From: Thermoplasmatota archaeon
GTDB lineage: Archaea > Thermoplasmatota > Penumbrarchaeia > Penumbrarchaeales > Penumbrarchaeaceae
DNA length: 64,000 bases
NCBI GenBank assembly: GCA_029762535.1
Contig: JARVGK010000007.1
Location: forward strand, 44,190-108,189
Reading direction: 5' to 3'
The stretch's first letter is position 1. Every line of letters begins with the position of its first letter. Made by a program: the position numbers and the translations under genes. Under the pieces are notes generated by a model. The model searched no databases, had not been told where the DNA came from, and was given only the letters and a program-made list of their open reading frames with translations. Shown here piece by piece: positions 48,572 through 60,500 of this stretch.

Positions 48572-49088
48572 GGTCCTTCCTCTTCCTCTCCAGAAAGCTG
48601 TATACCGATGAATGCTCAGAACCCTGAAGGATCATGGTGATCGCTTTCTTGGCGACCCTGAGGCCTTCTAAGTCGCCGATTATGGCAACGGTGTTCCCCT
48701 TTATCGAGAGGAAGCAGTCCGTCAGCTCCTCCACGAGGGTCCGCGTCTTTCCGCCGCTGCCGATGAGCCGGGCCCTGACCTGCATGACCCTCCTGGGGGA
48801 TTTTCCCGAGAACTCCCTGATGTCGATCTCCTCGTAGTAAAGATCGTCATCGAGCAGGCTCTGGGCCTTCTCCGGGGAGAACCCGCGCCCGATAGCTCGG
48901 ATGACATCCCTCATTCTGAAGGCCTTGTAGGTGTCCGCCGTCTCTTCATCGTACAGGGTTGCCTCCCCGTTCTCAGAATCGACCTCGATCCTTGTCCCGC
49001 AGATATCCTGCAGTTGACGCAGCGTCTCCCCGTCTTTGCCTATCAAGACGCCTATCCTGTCCTGGGGAACCTTCAACTTGAACGGCAT
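48546..49088 (-). CDS. KH-domain rRNA-processing protein Dim2/Pno1
   Basis: RIGVLIGKDG, AIGRGFSPE, RLIGSGGKTR, GSEHSSVY; start ATG 49088. Confidence 0.92.
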   Translation of the reverse strand: MPFKLKVPQDRIGVLIGKDGETLRQLQDICGTRIEVDSENGEATLYDEETADTYKAFRMRDVIRAIGRGFSPEKAQSLLDDDLYYEEIDIREFSGKSPRRVMQVRARLIGSGGKTRTLVEELTDCFLSIKGNTVAIIGDLEGLRVAKKAITMILQGSEHSSVYSFLERKRKDLKIARWGF

Positions 49089-49311
49089 CGGCCATACCTG
49101 GACTGCGATTCTGCTGATGATATAAAAGGATGCCCCCATCCCATGCTGGATGCTCATTTCCTTTCCGGGACTCGAACGGGAAAAAGGTTTTATAAACCAT
49201 GTAGGATATTAATCCGCTGCAGGAGCATTGGGTGCCTGATGGGCTGCGGTCTTTCCTGACAGCGGCGATCGTGGCCGTTCGATCGGGCAGTATCGCAATA
49301 GAGGATCGGAC

Positions 49312-50499
49312 ATGGAAGGACTTGAGAAGAAGGACGCCGGGAGCGATGACGCCCTATGGCAGGTGGAGATGGCCAAACAGCGCGGGCTGCAGACCACGAA
49401 GGGCGTCAACTTCCTCAACCTGTCCAAAGAAGCTAGGACCTACGGTAACGATAAACTTGCCCTGAGCATGCTATCTAGGGCGAGGGATATCCTGTTCAAC
49501 GATTATCTCTCATCGATCATGCAGGAGGTCGAGGGGCATAGCGAGACCGTGAAGATGAACCGACTCGAGGAGGCGATAAAACGTTCGAAGACCGCTTTCT
49601 CTTCGGGAAGGACGCGGGAGGCGTACCAGATCATCCTGGACTCGATGAAGGATGAGGAAAAGACCGCCGAGTCCGCCCAGAAGGAGGCTTTCGAGGATCC
49701 CGATCTCTATTCCGAAGCCCTTGGCGACCTTCAGAAGGTCTGGCTGAAGATGAAGCACGAGGAGGGTAAGGGCAAGGACATCTCCAAGGCCAACAAAATG
49801 ATGAAGCAGGCGAAAACACTCCTCTCCAAGCGAAACTACGGCAGGGTCATCGAGATATGCGATGAGATCACCAGGGAGATACAGACCCCGCAGGAAAGAT
49901 TGACGGAGGAGGCCGATCAGAACATAGACGACATCACCAAGACCCTCAAGGCCCTGTTCCCCAACGATCCCCGTTCTCCCAAGGAGCGTTTCTTCAAGAG
50001 GCAGATCGAGGAGCTCATTGCACAGGCCCGCTCCAGCCTCAAAGCGGGTTCTGTCATAGACGGGATCAACTACTCGAAGAAGGCAAGGGAGATACTGACG
50101 CGGCTCGAGCAGGAGACAATAAAAGGAGAGATCCCCCGTCAGATAATAGAATTGAGGGCGTCCCTGGACGAGCTGAGAAGGTTCAACATCGACGTATCGT
50201 ACGAGGACTTCCTCCTCAAACAGGTCGAGGAGACCTTCTGGAACGGGCATTTCATCGAATCGAGAAAGACCGCGAACAAACTATTGAACATCCTGAACAA
50301 CGCGAGGATCAACTACAGGATGAACGAGCTCAATACCAAATACAGGTCGCTCAACGACAGGTTGAAGGAGATGGTCGGACGGGAAGGCTATCTCGAGGCG
50401 AAGGAATACCTCGAAAAGGCAAGGTCCCTGATGGACCAGAAGGCATTCGACATGGCCGTTTCGTTCCTCGACAAGGCCCACCACGTTCTCGAGCCTTGA
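49312..50499 (+). CDS. Hypothetical all-alpha helical-repeat protein
   Basis: 395 aa, charged, with helical hairpin-like repeats. Confidence 0.7.
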   Translation: MEGLEKKDAGSDDALWQVEMAKQRGLQTTKGVNFLNLSKEARTYGNDKLALSMLSRARDILFNDYLSSIMQEVEGHSETVKMNRLEEAIKRSKTAFSSGRTREAYQIILDSMKDEEKTAESAQKEAFEDPDLYSEALGDLQKVWLKMKHEEGKGKDISKANKMMKQAKTLLSKRNYGRVIEICDEITREIQTPQERLTEEADQNIDDITKTLKALFPNDPRSPKERFFKRQIEELIAQARSSLKAGSVIDGINYSKKAREILTRLEQETIKGEIPRQIIELRASLDELRRFNIDVSYEDFLLKQVEETFWNGHFIESRKTANKLLNILNNARINYRMNELNTKYRSLNDRLKEMVGREGYLEAKEYLEKARSLMDQKAFDMAVSFLDKAHHVLEP

Positions 50500-50542
50500 G
50501 CCCGGGATAAGATAGTAATAGGGATTCGTTTCTCACGCTGCC

Positions 50543-51664
50543 GTGTTCAAGAGGATAGCCGCCATCCAGATCCTCACGGGAGGGGCGTCCATGGCATCAT
50601 TTACCTATATCTCCCTCTATGCCAGGGAGATCTCCCTGTCCAACCTCGAGATCACGATAATAGCGGCGCTTTTCGCGACCGCCTCTTTCCTCTCAGCATA
50701 TCTTTTCGGAAGGGCCGCCGACCGCTACGGCAGGAGGAGGACGCTGATAATTGGCCTCTCATGCGCATCTTTCTTCGTTCTGCTTCAGGCGGTGGGAATG
50801 AACTTCCCTGTCCTAGCAGGCGGCAGGTTGCTCGCCGGAATAGGTTTCGGAATGTTCCCTGCAGCCCTTGCTGTCTATGCCTACGAGGCCGACATCAGGA
50901 TGGGGAAGTTCTCCTCCTTCGCCTCTCTAGGATGGGGCTTGGCCCTTCCTATATCGGGAGCCATAGCCAAGCATGTCTCGATAACGGCGGTGTTCGTATT
51001 CGCATCGGCATTGGTACTGGCCTCACTTATCATATCGCTGAACCTACCCAGGATAAGGGAGGCGCGGTTCCTCGCCCCTCTTCTTCCGTTCAAGATGATA
51101 CTGAAGAATCACAGGGTGCTCCTACCGTTGATCATAAGGCACTCGTCCGCATCGGCGATATGGGTCCTGTGGCCCCTCTTTCTGAGGGATAGGATCGGGC
51201 TTGACCTCTTCGAGATAGGCCTGATCCAGGCCACGAACGCGTTCACGCAGTTCACTACCTTTTACCTGATCGGGGACAAAGTTCCCCCCAAACCCTCCAT
51301 GGTGGGGGGCTTGATCATGACCGCCATCGCTGCCACCTCTTTCATTCTCATCCAGAGCTTTCCACTTTTTCTCATCACGCAGGTATTCCTGGGCATGTCG
51401 TGGTCCCTCATGTATATCGGGGCACTTCGCATAATGCTGCGGGAGAACGATGAGAGGGCCACGGCCACAGGCCTTTTGAACTCTTCGATAAGCATTTCAG
51501 CTCTTTTCGGTCCGGGGATCTCCCTCATCATCGTTGCGGTCCTACCACATGCGAGCTACGAGGGGCCCATGGTCCTCGCGGCCGTCGCATCGGCCCTGGC
51601 CGCACTTTACTTCGCGTCCCTATCCCTTTTACAGGGCAGGGACAAAGCTCAGTCCAATAGATAG
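50543..51664 (+). CDS. MFS transporter
   Basis: Motif A GRAADRYGRRR; about 12 TMs. Confidence 0.9.
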   Translation: MFKRIAAIQILTGGASMASFTYISLYAREISLSNLEITIIAALFATASFLSAYLFGRAADRYGRRRTLIIGLSCASFFVLLQAVGMNFPVLAGGRLLAGIGFGMFPAALAVYAYEADIRMGKFSSFASLGWGLALPISGAIAKHVSITAVFVFASALVLASLIISLNLPRIREARFLAPLLPFKMILKNHRVLLPLIIRHSSASAIWVLWPLFLRDRIGLDLFEIGLIQATNAFTQFTTFYLIGDKVPPKPSMVGGLIMTAIAATSFILIQSFPLFLITQVFLGMSWSLMYIGALRIMLRENDERATATGLLNSSISISALFGPGISLIIVAVLPHASYEGPMVLAAVASALAALYFASLSLLQGRDKAQSNR

Positions 51665-51696
51665 CTTTTAAAACAACTTCGTCATTTTGCCGGGCC

Positions 51697-52737
51697 ATGG
51701 ACGCGTCCGAACGCGGTGTCCCGGTCTATCATCATCCGGACTACGAGGCCAATATCCAGCCGGTCGGCCACCCGGAATCACCGGACCGTATCGCTTCGAT
51801 CTTGAACCTCCTTAACAAGGTGGGCCTAAAGGTGGATAGAAGAACACCAGAGCCCGTGTCCGAGGAGGACCTTCTTCTGGCCCATACTCCGCGACATGTG
51901 GGACTGGTCCGCGATTTCGGCGTGGGTTACATGGACCCCGACACCTTTCACGACGACAGCACATTCAGATACGCCTTGATGGCCTGTGGGGGAACTTACA
52001 TGGCGGCCAGGGACTGCATATCGGAGGGGGTGCCCACATTCTCCCTTGCCAGGCCGCCCGGACATCATGCCGGATCAGATTTCAACATGGGTTTCTGCTA
52101 CTTCAACAACGTTGCCATCGCCGCCAGGAAGCTGTTGAAGGAGAACGCTTCGTTGGACAGGATAGCGATAGTCGACATAGACGCTCATCACGGGAACGGG
52201 ACGCATGACATCTTCTACAAGGACCCAGACGTTCTATATATTTCGACCCATCATTGGGGGATATTCCCGGGAACGGGGTTCACAGACGAGGTCGGGATCG
52301 GAGAGGGAGAGGGGAGAACGGTGAACCTTCCCCTTCGTGGAGGGACCGGGGACCACACTTTCGAAGAGATCACCAGGGAGGTCGTCGCACCTATCCTTCG
52401 GCAGTTCTCACCCGGAGCGATACTCGTTTCACTGGGCGTTGACTCCCATCAGATGGACCCGCTTGCAGGCCTCTCGCTATCGACCCCCGGATATCTGAGG
52501 GTGGTCAAGGAATTGATCGAGGCCTCGAAGGAAATATGCGGGAGAAGGATATGCTTCGAGCTGGAGGGGGGCTATCACATCGGATCATTATCAGAGACGG
52601 TGGTCGGATGCATGAACCTTTGCAGCGTCGAACCTATCGATATGAGGGTCCGGTTCGATGAGACCAGGGAAAGCGTCCCGGACATGCTCAAGGTCCGTGA
52701 GTTCAAGGACGTACATGCATCCTACTGGAACATCTGA
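51697..52737 (+). CDS. Histone deacetylase-family (class II-like) Zn deacetylase
   Basis: HPESPDR, RPPGHHA, GFCYFNN, DIDAHHGNGT, FPGTG, LEGGY. Confidence 0.95.
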   Translation: MDASERGVPVYHHPDYEANIQPVGHPESPDRIASILNLLNKVGLKVDRRTPEPVSEEDLLLAHTPRHVGLVRDFGVGYMDPDTFHDDSTFRYALMACGGTYMAARDCISEGVPTFSLARPPGHHAGSDFNMGFCYFNNVAIAARKLLKENASLDRIAIVDIDAHHGNGTHDIFYKDPDVLYISTHHWGIFPGTGFTDEVGIGEGEGRTVNLPLRGGTGDHTFEEITREVVAPILRQFSPGAILVSLGVDSHQMDPLAGLSLSTPGYLRVVKELIEASKEICGRRICFELEGGYHIGSLSETVVGCMNLCSVEPIDMRVRFDETRESVPDMLKVREFKDVHASYWNI

Positions 52738-53853
52738 TCAGCGTACCCGCTTGTCCTTTGTTTTCTTTACATGCTTCTCCACCGAGGAGAGGGCGGATTC
52801 CAGTGAGAAGCCCAGATCATAGTCGTATCCCTCCCTGACGACGATACCTTCCGGCATCGTCACCTTCACGTTCACAGTATATTTGTCCTCGTCGCTGGTG
52901 TAATGATGCTGCTTGATCCTGACGGTCACCGCGTTGACGGATGATACCTTGTCTATCTTGGCGATATATCTCTTTATGATATCGTTGAGATCCGATGCGT
53001 CCATCAATCGGGATTCCTCCATTCCCGCTATCTGGATGAGAGGGCCCGTCCTGCGGTCCTCCCTGAGTATGAGTTCCATGATGTCCACTTCGCTGACCGA
53101 TCCCGCTATCTCATCGCCATCCACGATATAGATGACAGGGCTGTTCGATTCGATCATCAACGATCCAGCTTCCTTCACGCTCGAACGTCTCTGAAGGGTC
53201 TTTGGCATCGAGGCCATCGAACCCACTTCCCGGTTCCTCGTCACTTTCTGTCCAATGGAGCCCTTCTGCTGCCTGACGGGCGGCAGTTCTTTCATCGTGG
53301 CAAGAGTTGTCGAGAGTACCTCCCCTTGGAACCTGCCCTTCTCATCCAGAACGGCCGCGGAGGATTCGCCGGTCATCTCCATCTTGGATATCGCATTGAA
53401 AACGCTCTCGGAATAATCCAACGTCAGCGGCGCGAAGTTCATTATCGACTCGACGGGGATCGAATCCATCGAAGGGTCTCTCATCATGCCCTTTATTATG
53501 TCCCTTCTGGAAATAACCCCCTTCAGGACTGAATTGACGGTCACGGGCATGGAGCCGTAATCCCTGGTAATGAGCTTCTCGACGGTCTGGTTTATCCTGT
53601 CCTTGGGCTTGGCCCTGGGAGGAGATACCATGAAGCTTCTCGTCACCGCGTTCAACGGGATCTTCCTTCTCTTGGCCAGACTTCTCATCTTTATGTAACC
53701 TTTGAGCCTGTCACCCTCGACCACCGGTAGTTCCAGCACCTTGTGCTTCTTCATCTTTCCCAATGCCTCGGATATAGGGTCGTTCGGCCTTACCGTCCAT
53801 TCCACCTTGGACATCACATCCTCAACTCTGATCCTTAAAAGATCCCTGCTCAT
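52738..53853 (-). CDS. Four-CBS-domain protein with C-terminal HPF/RaiA-like domain (candidate ribosome hibernation factor)
   Basis: Two CBS pairs, then [46 protein letters not shown]; SD aggaggtg before ATG 53853. Confidence 0.75.
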   Translation of the reverse strand: MSRDLLRIRVEDVMSKVEWTVRPNDPISEALGKMKKHKVLELPVVEGDRLKGYIKMRSLAKRRKIPLNAVTRSFMVSPPRAKPKDRINQTVEKLITRDYGSMPVTVNSVLKGVISRRDIIKGMMRDPSMDSIPVESIMNFAPLTLDYSESVFNAISKMEMTGESSAAVLDEKGRFQGEVLSTTLATMKELPPVRQQKGSIGQKVTRNREVGSMASMPKTLQRRSSVKEAGSLMIESNSPVIYIVDGDEIAGSVSEVDIMELILREDRRTGPLIQIAGMEESRLMDASDLNDIIKRYIAKIDKVSSVNAVTVRIKQHHYTSDEDKYTVNVKVTMPEGIVVREGYDYDLGFSLESALSSVEKHVKKTKDKRVR

Positions 53854-53990
53854 CAAAGTCCACACCTCCTTATCGACCTATGTGGTGCCTTCACCATGTC
53901 ATTGGACCGTTTACCCCACATGTCATATATATTTTCTCCCTGCGCCCCCCCATGATAAACCCTTATATCCCACTAGTCATTACGGAATGC

Positions 53991-54509
53991 ATGCCTGACG
54001 ATAAAGGAAAGAAGAGGGCCCTCATGACGGGTCCGGATCGCGCCCGTGTCCATATACTCATGGGGTCCTCTTCGGACATGCCAGTTGCCTCAAAGTCGAT
54101 GGACATCCTGAAGAGGCTGGAGATACCTTATGCTGTGACCGTGGCATCGGCCCACCGCACCCCGGACCTGGTCCAGAGAACCGTGGAGGGTTCTGCCGCA
54201 GCCGTATTCATCGCGATCGCGGGACTGTCCGCCGCACTGCCTGGAGTTGTCGCATCCCACACGATGAGACCTGTCATCGGAGTACCGGTCTCCGGCAAGC
54301 TGAACATGGATTCCATACTTTCGATAGTCCAGATGCCGCCCGGAGTCCCAGTTGGGGGCGTGGGTCTGGACCGAGGCGACAACGCTGCGCTTCTGGCCGC
54401 AAGGATGATCGCGATATCCGATCCCGCTCTTCTCTCAAGGCTGAAGGAGCATTGGGAGGATATGAGGAATAAGGTGATCTCCTCACAGGGAGAAGTGCTG
54501 TCCGGATGA
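53991..54509 (+). CDS. purE: AIR carboxylase / N5-CAIR mutase PurE
   Basis: [38 protein letters not shown]. Confidence 0.95.
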   Translation: MPDDKGKKRALMTGPDRARVHILMGSSSDMPVASKSMDILKRLEIPYAVTVASAHRTPDLVQRTVEGSAAAVFIAIAGLSAALPGVVASHTMRPVIGVPVSGKLNMDSILSIVQMPPGVPVGGVGLDRGDNAALLAARMIAISDPALLSRLKEHWEDMRNKVISSQGEVLSG

Positions 54510-56338
54510 CGGAAGAACATGACACCATATGCATCGTAGACAACGGGGGTCAGTTCGCACATCTGATCGCCTCCAGGATACGGGACCATCTGAAGGTGAA
54601 GACCGTTATCATGGACCCGCAGACCGACGCGAACGAGATACTGGGAGCTTTGGGGATCATACTCTCGGGGGGGCCGGATTCCATACACGAGGAGGGAGCG
54701 GTCAAGCTGAACCCCGACATCATGGAGATCGAGGCCCCTATACTCGGCCTCTGCTACGGTATGCACCAGATTGCCGTCCATTACGGTGGGAACGTCAGCA
54801 GGTCCGATCTGAAGGAGTATGGATATGCAAGGCTCGGATCGGAAGATGATCCCATCTTCGAGGGGATCCCTCAGAACGACCGGGTCTGGATGAGCCATGG
54901 GGACAAGGTCACTGAGCTGCCCGTTGGGTTTTCAACGATCGGGAGGACCGACAACTGCCCAATTTCGGCAATGTCGGACCCCGCCAGGAGGAGATGGGGG
55001 TTCCAGTTCCACCCCGAGGTCGAGGACACCGCCCACGGGATGGAGATGCTGGGAAACTTCGTGCTCAAGATATGCGGCGCCCGCCCAACGTGGAGGACAG
55101 GGGATATCATCTCCGAGATAGTGGATCGGATCAAGGAGGAGGCGGGGAGCCGAAAGGTCCTGACACTGGTCTCCGGAGGCGTTGACTCCTCTGTGGTGGC
55201 GGCTCTTCTGAACAGGGCGCTTCCTCCGGAGCAGCTGAGATTCATACATATCGACACGGGTTTGATGAGACATGACGAATCCCGGATGGTAGAGGCCGCA
55301 TTGAGGGAACAGGGTCTCGAGAACCTCAAAGTTATCAACTCGAAGGAGGCCTATTTCGACGCCCTTGACGGCCTCGTCGATCCAGAGGAGAAGAGAAAGG
55401 TCATCGGACGCCTTTTCGTCGAGATAGTGAACAGGGAGGCCGTCTTCGCCCGAGATTCGGACTGGGTACTCGCCCAGGGAACGCTGTACCCGGACACCAT
55501 CGAGAGCGGAGGGACGAGGAACGCCGACATCATAAAGACCCATCACAACAGAGTGGACCTCATAATGGAGATGATCGACGAGGGCAGGGTCATAGAGCCG
55601 GTAAGGGAGCTGTACAAGGCGGAGGTCCGGCAGGTCGGGGAACTACTGGGATTGCCGCCCGAGATGGTGCACAGGCATCCGTTCCCGGGTCCCGGGCTCG
55701 GGATAAGGGCGCTCTGTCAGGACGAATCGGTCATCGAGGCCGACCTCAAGGGGATCGGCTCGATCCAGAGGGATGTGGAGATGGCCATAAGAAGGGACGT
55801 TTGGGCCTCGGAAAGGCTTTCCGCCCTTGTCCTGCCCATCAGGTCAGTAGGGGTAAAGGGGGATGCCAGGTCCTATGAGCATCCGGTCGCAATGTGGTGC
55901 CTCTCGGATTTTGAGTGGGGGGACCTCAAGACCTTCGCCACGCGATTGGTCAACGGGACCAGGGGCATAAACAGATGTATCATCATTCTCCATCCGGAAA
56001 CGTTCAGAACGCCCGTTCCAGTACCCAGATACCTGACGGAAAAACGGGTGGACCTCCTCAGGGAGGCGGACAGGATCGTCATGGAGGGGCTAGTTAACCA
56101 CGACCTCTACGACCGCGTCTGGCAATGTCCGACCGTCCTGGTGCCCCTTTCCTTTGGAAGGGGGGAGTTGATCGTCATCCGACCGGTTTGGTCCAGCAGG
56201 GCGATGACGGCCGAGGTCGCCGAACTCCCGGACGAATTCTATACGGACGTGATGCACGGTCTGCTATCTCTCACCGGGATCGAGAGCGTAGCGGTGGACG
56301 TGACGTCCAAACCCCCTGGAACCATCGAATGGGAGTGA
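54506..56338 (+). CDS. guaA: GMP synthase (glutamine-hydrolysing), single-chain
   Basis: [48 protein letters not shown]. Confidence 0.97.
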   Translation: MTEEHDTICIVDNGGQFAHLIASRIRDHLKVKTVIMDPQTDANEILGALGIILSGGPDSIHEEGAVKLNPDIMEIEAPILGLCYGMHQIAVHYGGNVSRSDLKEYGYARLGSEDDPIFEGIPQNDRVWMSHGDKVTELPVGFSTIGRTDNCPISAMSDPARRRWGFQFHPEVEDTAHGMEMLGNFVLKICGARPTWRTGDIISEIVDRIKEEAGSRKVLTLVSGGVDSSVVAALLNRALPPEQLRFIHIDTGLMRHDESRMVEAALREQGLENLKVINSKEAYFDALDGLVDPEEKRKVIGRLFVEIVNREAVFARDSDWVLAQGTLYPDTIESGGTRNADIIKTHHNRVDLIMEMIDEGRVIEPVRELYKAEVRQVGELLGLPPEMVHRHPFPGPGLGIRALCQDESVIEADLKGIGSIQRDVEMAIRRDVWASERLSALVLPIRSVGVKGDARSYEHPVAMWCLSDFEWGDLKTFATRLVNGTRGINRCIIILHPETFRTPVPVPRYLTEKRVDLLREADRIVMEGLVNHDLYDRVWQCPTVLVPLSFGRGELIVIRPVWSSRAMTAEVAELPDEFYTDVMHGLLSLTGIESVAVDVTSKPPGTIEWE

Positions 56339-56345
56339 TGTTCGT

Positions 56346-56930
56346 ATGATCGTCCTCGCCTCTTCCTCGCCGAGGAGAAGGGACCTGCTCCTCGAGGCGG
56401 GGATCGAACATATAGTGAAAGAGCCTTCCGCACCGGAGGCGGCCGAAGGCGATCCCGCCCAGATCGTCGTTGAGAACGCCAGACGAAAGGCCGTATCCGT
56501 CGAAGGCCGCCCTGGGGACCTGATCATAGGATGTGATACGCTCGTTCTCTGTTCGAGGAGCATCCTCGGGAAACCTGTGGATAAAAAGGATGCAAAACGA
56601 ATGGTCCTTCTGCAGATATCGTCCCCGGCCCAGGTATTCTCCGGAATATGCCTGTACGAAGCCGGGAAAAAGAAGGAACTCTACGGATATGAAGTTAGCA
56701 CCGTGGTCCTTGAAGGAGATGTCGAAAAGGTGGACGAATACCTCGACACTGGAATGTGGACGGGAAAGGCGGGCGCTTTCGGGATACAGGATAGGGGGCC
56801 GATAAATGCAAGGTTGATCTCCGGGGAGGAGGACAACGTCATGGGGCTGCCCATGACGCTGCTCCGGAGGCTTCTGGCCCTGGCCGAATGCGAATATCCT
56901 GCCGATGCGCCCTCAGTTGTGGGTCGATGA
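56346..56930 (+). CDS. maf: Maf-family nucleoside triphosphate pyrophosphatase
   Basis: LASSSPRR, IGCDT, GKP, KAGAFGIQ, NVMGLP. Confidence 0.93.
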   Translation: MIVLASSSPRRRDLLLEAGIEHIVKEPSAPEAAEGDPAQIVVENARRKAVSVEGRPGDLIIGCDTLVLCSRSILGKPVDKKDAKRMVLLQISSPAQVFSGICLYEAGKKKELYGYEVSTVVLEGDVEKVDEYLDTGMWTGKAGAFGIQDRGPINARLISGEEDNVMGLPMTLLRRLLALAECEYPADAPSVVGR

Positions 56931-56934
56931 CGGT

Positions 56935-57357
56935 TCACTCGATACTCTTGCCATTTATCTCTATGTCATGATGTATCCTGACGGACGATCTCAGCATCGC
57001 CGATACGGCACAGTAGCGGTCCATCGAAAGGGAGACCGCCTTTTTTACCTTTTCCGGATCCACTTCCTCCCCCTCTATCGCGTAGACCAGATGTATGCTC
57101 GTGTAGACCTTGGGATGCTCCAGGGACCTCTCGTGCTCCTCCCTGACCTCGAATGAGGTAAAGGTCACCTTCATCTTCTCGAGAATGGACACAACGTCCA
57201 TGCCCGTGCAGCCCATCAATGCCTGGAGCACCATCTCCATGGGTGCGGGCCCGCCGGTGATCCCGCCCACCTGCTCCGATGTGTCCATCGTCACCCATTT
57301 ACCGCTGTCCGTCAGGCCTGCAAAGGCCAATCCCTTGACTCTGATCGAGGATGCCAT
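56935..57357 (-). CDS. OsmC/YhfA-family protein
   Basis: PMEMVLQALMGCTGMDV; LSMDRYCAV. Confidence 0.9.
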   Translation of the reverse strand: MASSIRVKGLAFAGLTDSGKWVTMDTSEQVGGITGGPAPMEMVLQALMGCTGMDVVSILEKMKVTFTSFEVREEHERSLEHPKVYTSIHLVYAIEGEEVDPEKVKKAVSLSMDRYCAVSAMLRSSVRIHHDIEINGKSIE

Positions 57358-57533
57358 TTTCTTCCCTCCATCGCTACCAGAGGCTCGCTGTTTAAATAAC
57401 TAACCCTTCAAGGGTTAGGAGCAGGAAGTTTTTAAATAATGGAGGTATAGACCATACCTCCTTCGTGGGGTCCATACCATGCCTCACCCGGAGAGGCGCA
57501 TCTCGGGACCAGATACCACATGGGGTTGAGAAA

Positions 57534-60500
57534 ATGAGCGAAGAGAACGAGAACGAAAGAACATCCGGCCTCTCATCCTCCGTATCCCTGGAGGAGAGCG
57601 TGCTCTGCCACTGGAGGGAACACGAGGTTACCGGAAGGCTTCTGGAGCACAATAAGGGCGGGCAATACTTTCGATTCCTGGAAGGCCCCCCCACCGCGAA
57701 TGCACCTCCGGGCGTTCATCATATATTCGCGAGGACCGTCAAGGACACCGTTTGCAGGTACAGGAACATGAAGGGGTCCTTCGTACCTCGTATGGGTGGC
57801 TGGGACTGCCACGGCCTACCTGTCGAGATCGCGGTCGAGAAACAGCTCGGCATAGAGAACAAGGACCAGATAGAGAAGTATGGCATCGAGCCGTTCATAA
57901 AGAAATGCCGGGAATCCGTTTTCTCGTACATAGACGACTGGTCCCGAATGACGGAGCGCCTCGGTTACGTCCTCGATCTGGACCACCCTTACATAACCAT
58001 GACCGATCAGTATATCGAATCCGTCTGGTGGTCGCTAAAGGAGATCTGGAAGAAGGGGCTTCTGAGCGAGGGGCACACCATCGTCCCATACTGCCCCAGA
58101 TGCGGAACCTCGCTCTCCTCCCACGAGGTCGCCCAGGGATACCGGGAGGTCGAGGACCCTTCGATATTCATCAAGTTCAAGGTGATGGGGCAGGATAACA
58201 CGTACATCCTGGCGTGGACCACCACTCCGTGGACGTTGATATCCAATGTCGCCCTGGCGGTCCATCCGGACGAATTCTACCTCGTCATAGAACACAAGGG
58301 TGCGAATCTGATACTGGCCGAGCAGCGGGCGAGGGTCCTTTTGAAGGAGGGAGAGTATTCTATCATCCGGAGGCTCATGGGATCGGACCTGGAGGGGACC
58401 AGGTACGAGCCTCTGTATTCCTTCGTAAAGCCCGATAGACCGGGACACTTCGTGTGCACGGCGGATTTCGTCACCATGGAGGATGGGACCGGCGTCGTTC
58501 ACATCGCGCCCGCCTTCGGCGAGGACGATCACAACCTCGGGAAGGCCTATGACCTTCCCATGGTCCAACCGGTCGAGGCCGATGGGACGTTCTCCGAGGC
58601 GGTCACCCCATGGAAGGGCATGTTCGTCAAAGACGCTGATCCCCTCATCATCGAGGACCTCACCCAAAGGGGGCTCCTGGAGGGCACGCATCTCTACGCT
58701 CACCAGTATCCCTTCTGCTGGAGATGCGACACCCCGCTCCTCTACTATGCCAGGAAAGGGTATTTCATCAGGATGACCCAACTGAGGGAGGGCCTGCAGC
58801 GGAACAACCGGTCCATAACATGGTATCCCGACAACATCAAGAACGGCCGGTTCGGGAACTTCCTCGAAGAGGTCAAGGACTGGAACCTCTCCAGGGAGAG
58901 GTACTGGGGGACTCCCCTGCCGATCTGGAAGTGCCCGAAAGGGCATGATCATGCCGTCGGGTCGATCGAGGAGCTGAAGGGTCTCTCCGGCATGGAACAC
59001 ATCCCCGAGCTTCATCGGCCATATGTGGATGCAGTGACCTTCCCATGTCCGAAGTGCGGTGAGACCATGAACAGGGTCAGCTACGTCATCGACTGCTGGT
59101 ACGATTCGGGATCGGCCCCTCACGCCTCATTACACTATCCCTTCGAGAACACGGAAGAGTTCCATAACCAGTTCCCGAGGGATTTCATCGCGGAAGGCAT
59201 AGACCAGACCAGAGGATGGTTCTATTCTCTGCTTGCCGTGTCCACGGCTGTCTTCGACAAGCCGGCGTACCTCTCCTGCATCTGCCACGCCCACGTCCTT
59301 GACGCGGAGGGAAAGAAGATGAGCAAGTCCAAGGGCAACGTCGTGGATCCCTGGTCGATCTTCGCCTCGGACGGCGCCGATGCCATCAGGTGGTATCTTT
59401 TGTCGAACTCGGCCCCCTGGAAGCCGAAGCTCTTTTCCGTGGACGGGGTGAAGGAGACCAACAGGGCATTCCTCTCGACGGTCCGCAACGTAACCGGATT
59501 CTACAGGACCTACGCGGACCTGGACGGTTATGAGCCTAAGGACAGGACCGAACCGCATTCGCGGCCAACGATAGACAGGTGGCTCCTTTCGAGGCTGAAC
59601 AGGCTGTTCGCAGAACTCAATTCGTACATGGACGACAACAACCTCTTCCAGGCATCGAACGCGATCCAGGCCTTTGCGGTGGAGGACCTATCCAACTGGT
59701 ACGTCAGGGTCAACAGGCGCAGGTTCTGGGGAGAGGAGGACACCGCTATCAAGAAGACAGCTTACGACACGCTGGCCGAGTCCTTGCAGGGGATCGCCCT
59801 CTCGATGGCGCCTTTTGCCCCGTTCCACGCCGAGAAGGTCTACCTGACGACGGGGATGGAACTCGGCCCCTCCGTGCATCTCCTTCCATATCCTGCCCCC
59901 GATATCACCATGGCCGACGAGGATCTGGAGAAGGAGATGGCCAACCTCCGCCGGGCCGTCGAGCTGGGCAGGTCCGCCAGGAACGCCAAGAACGTCAAGG
60001 TGAGGCAGCCCCTCAGCCGCTGCGTCATCAAGGGAGCGGGGCCGTTCAATCCCGAGCTGACCTCGATCATTGCCTCCGAGCTCAACGTGAAGGAGGTCAT
60101 CTACGAGTCTGACCTATCCCATTACTTCGACATGACGGCGGATCCGGACCCGAAAGCGCTCGGGATGAGGTTCAAGGCACAGTCAGCGATCATAAAGGAG
60201 CAGCTCCTGGCGATCGATACAAAGGACCTCGCTTCCAGGGTAAAGCAGGGCACGATCTCTGTGAACCTCCCCGAGGGATCTCAGGAACTGGATTCATCCT
60301 TCTTCAGGTTCCACGAGATCCTCCCCGAGAGATGGGTCCAGGGGATCGAGGGAGAGATCGAGGTGCTCCTCGACACCGAGATCGACGAACCCCTCCTCCT
60401 GGAGGGGATCTCCAGAGAGGTCGTGAGGAGGATCCAGACCATGAGAAAGGATATGGACCTACCCTACGATGCGAGGATCGAACTCAAACTCAGCGGGGAT

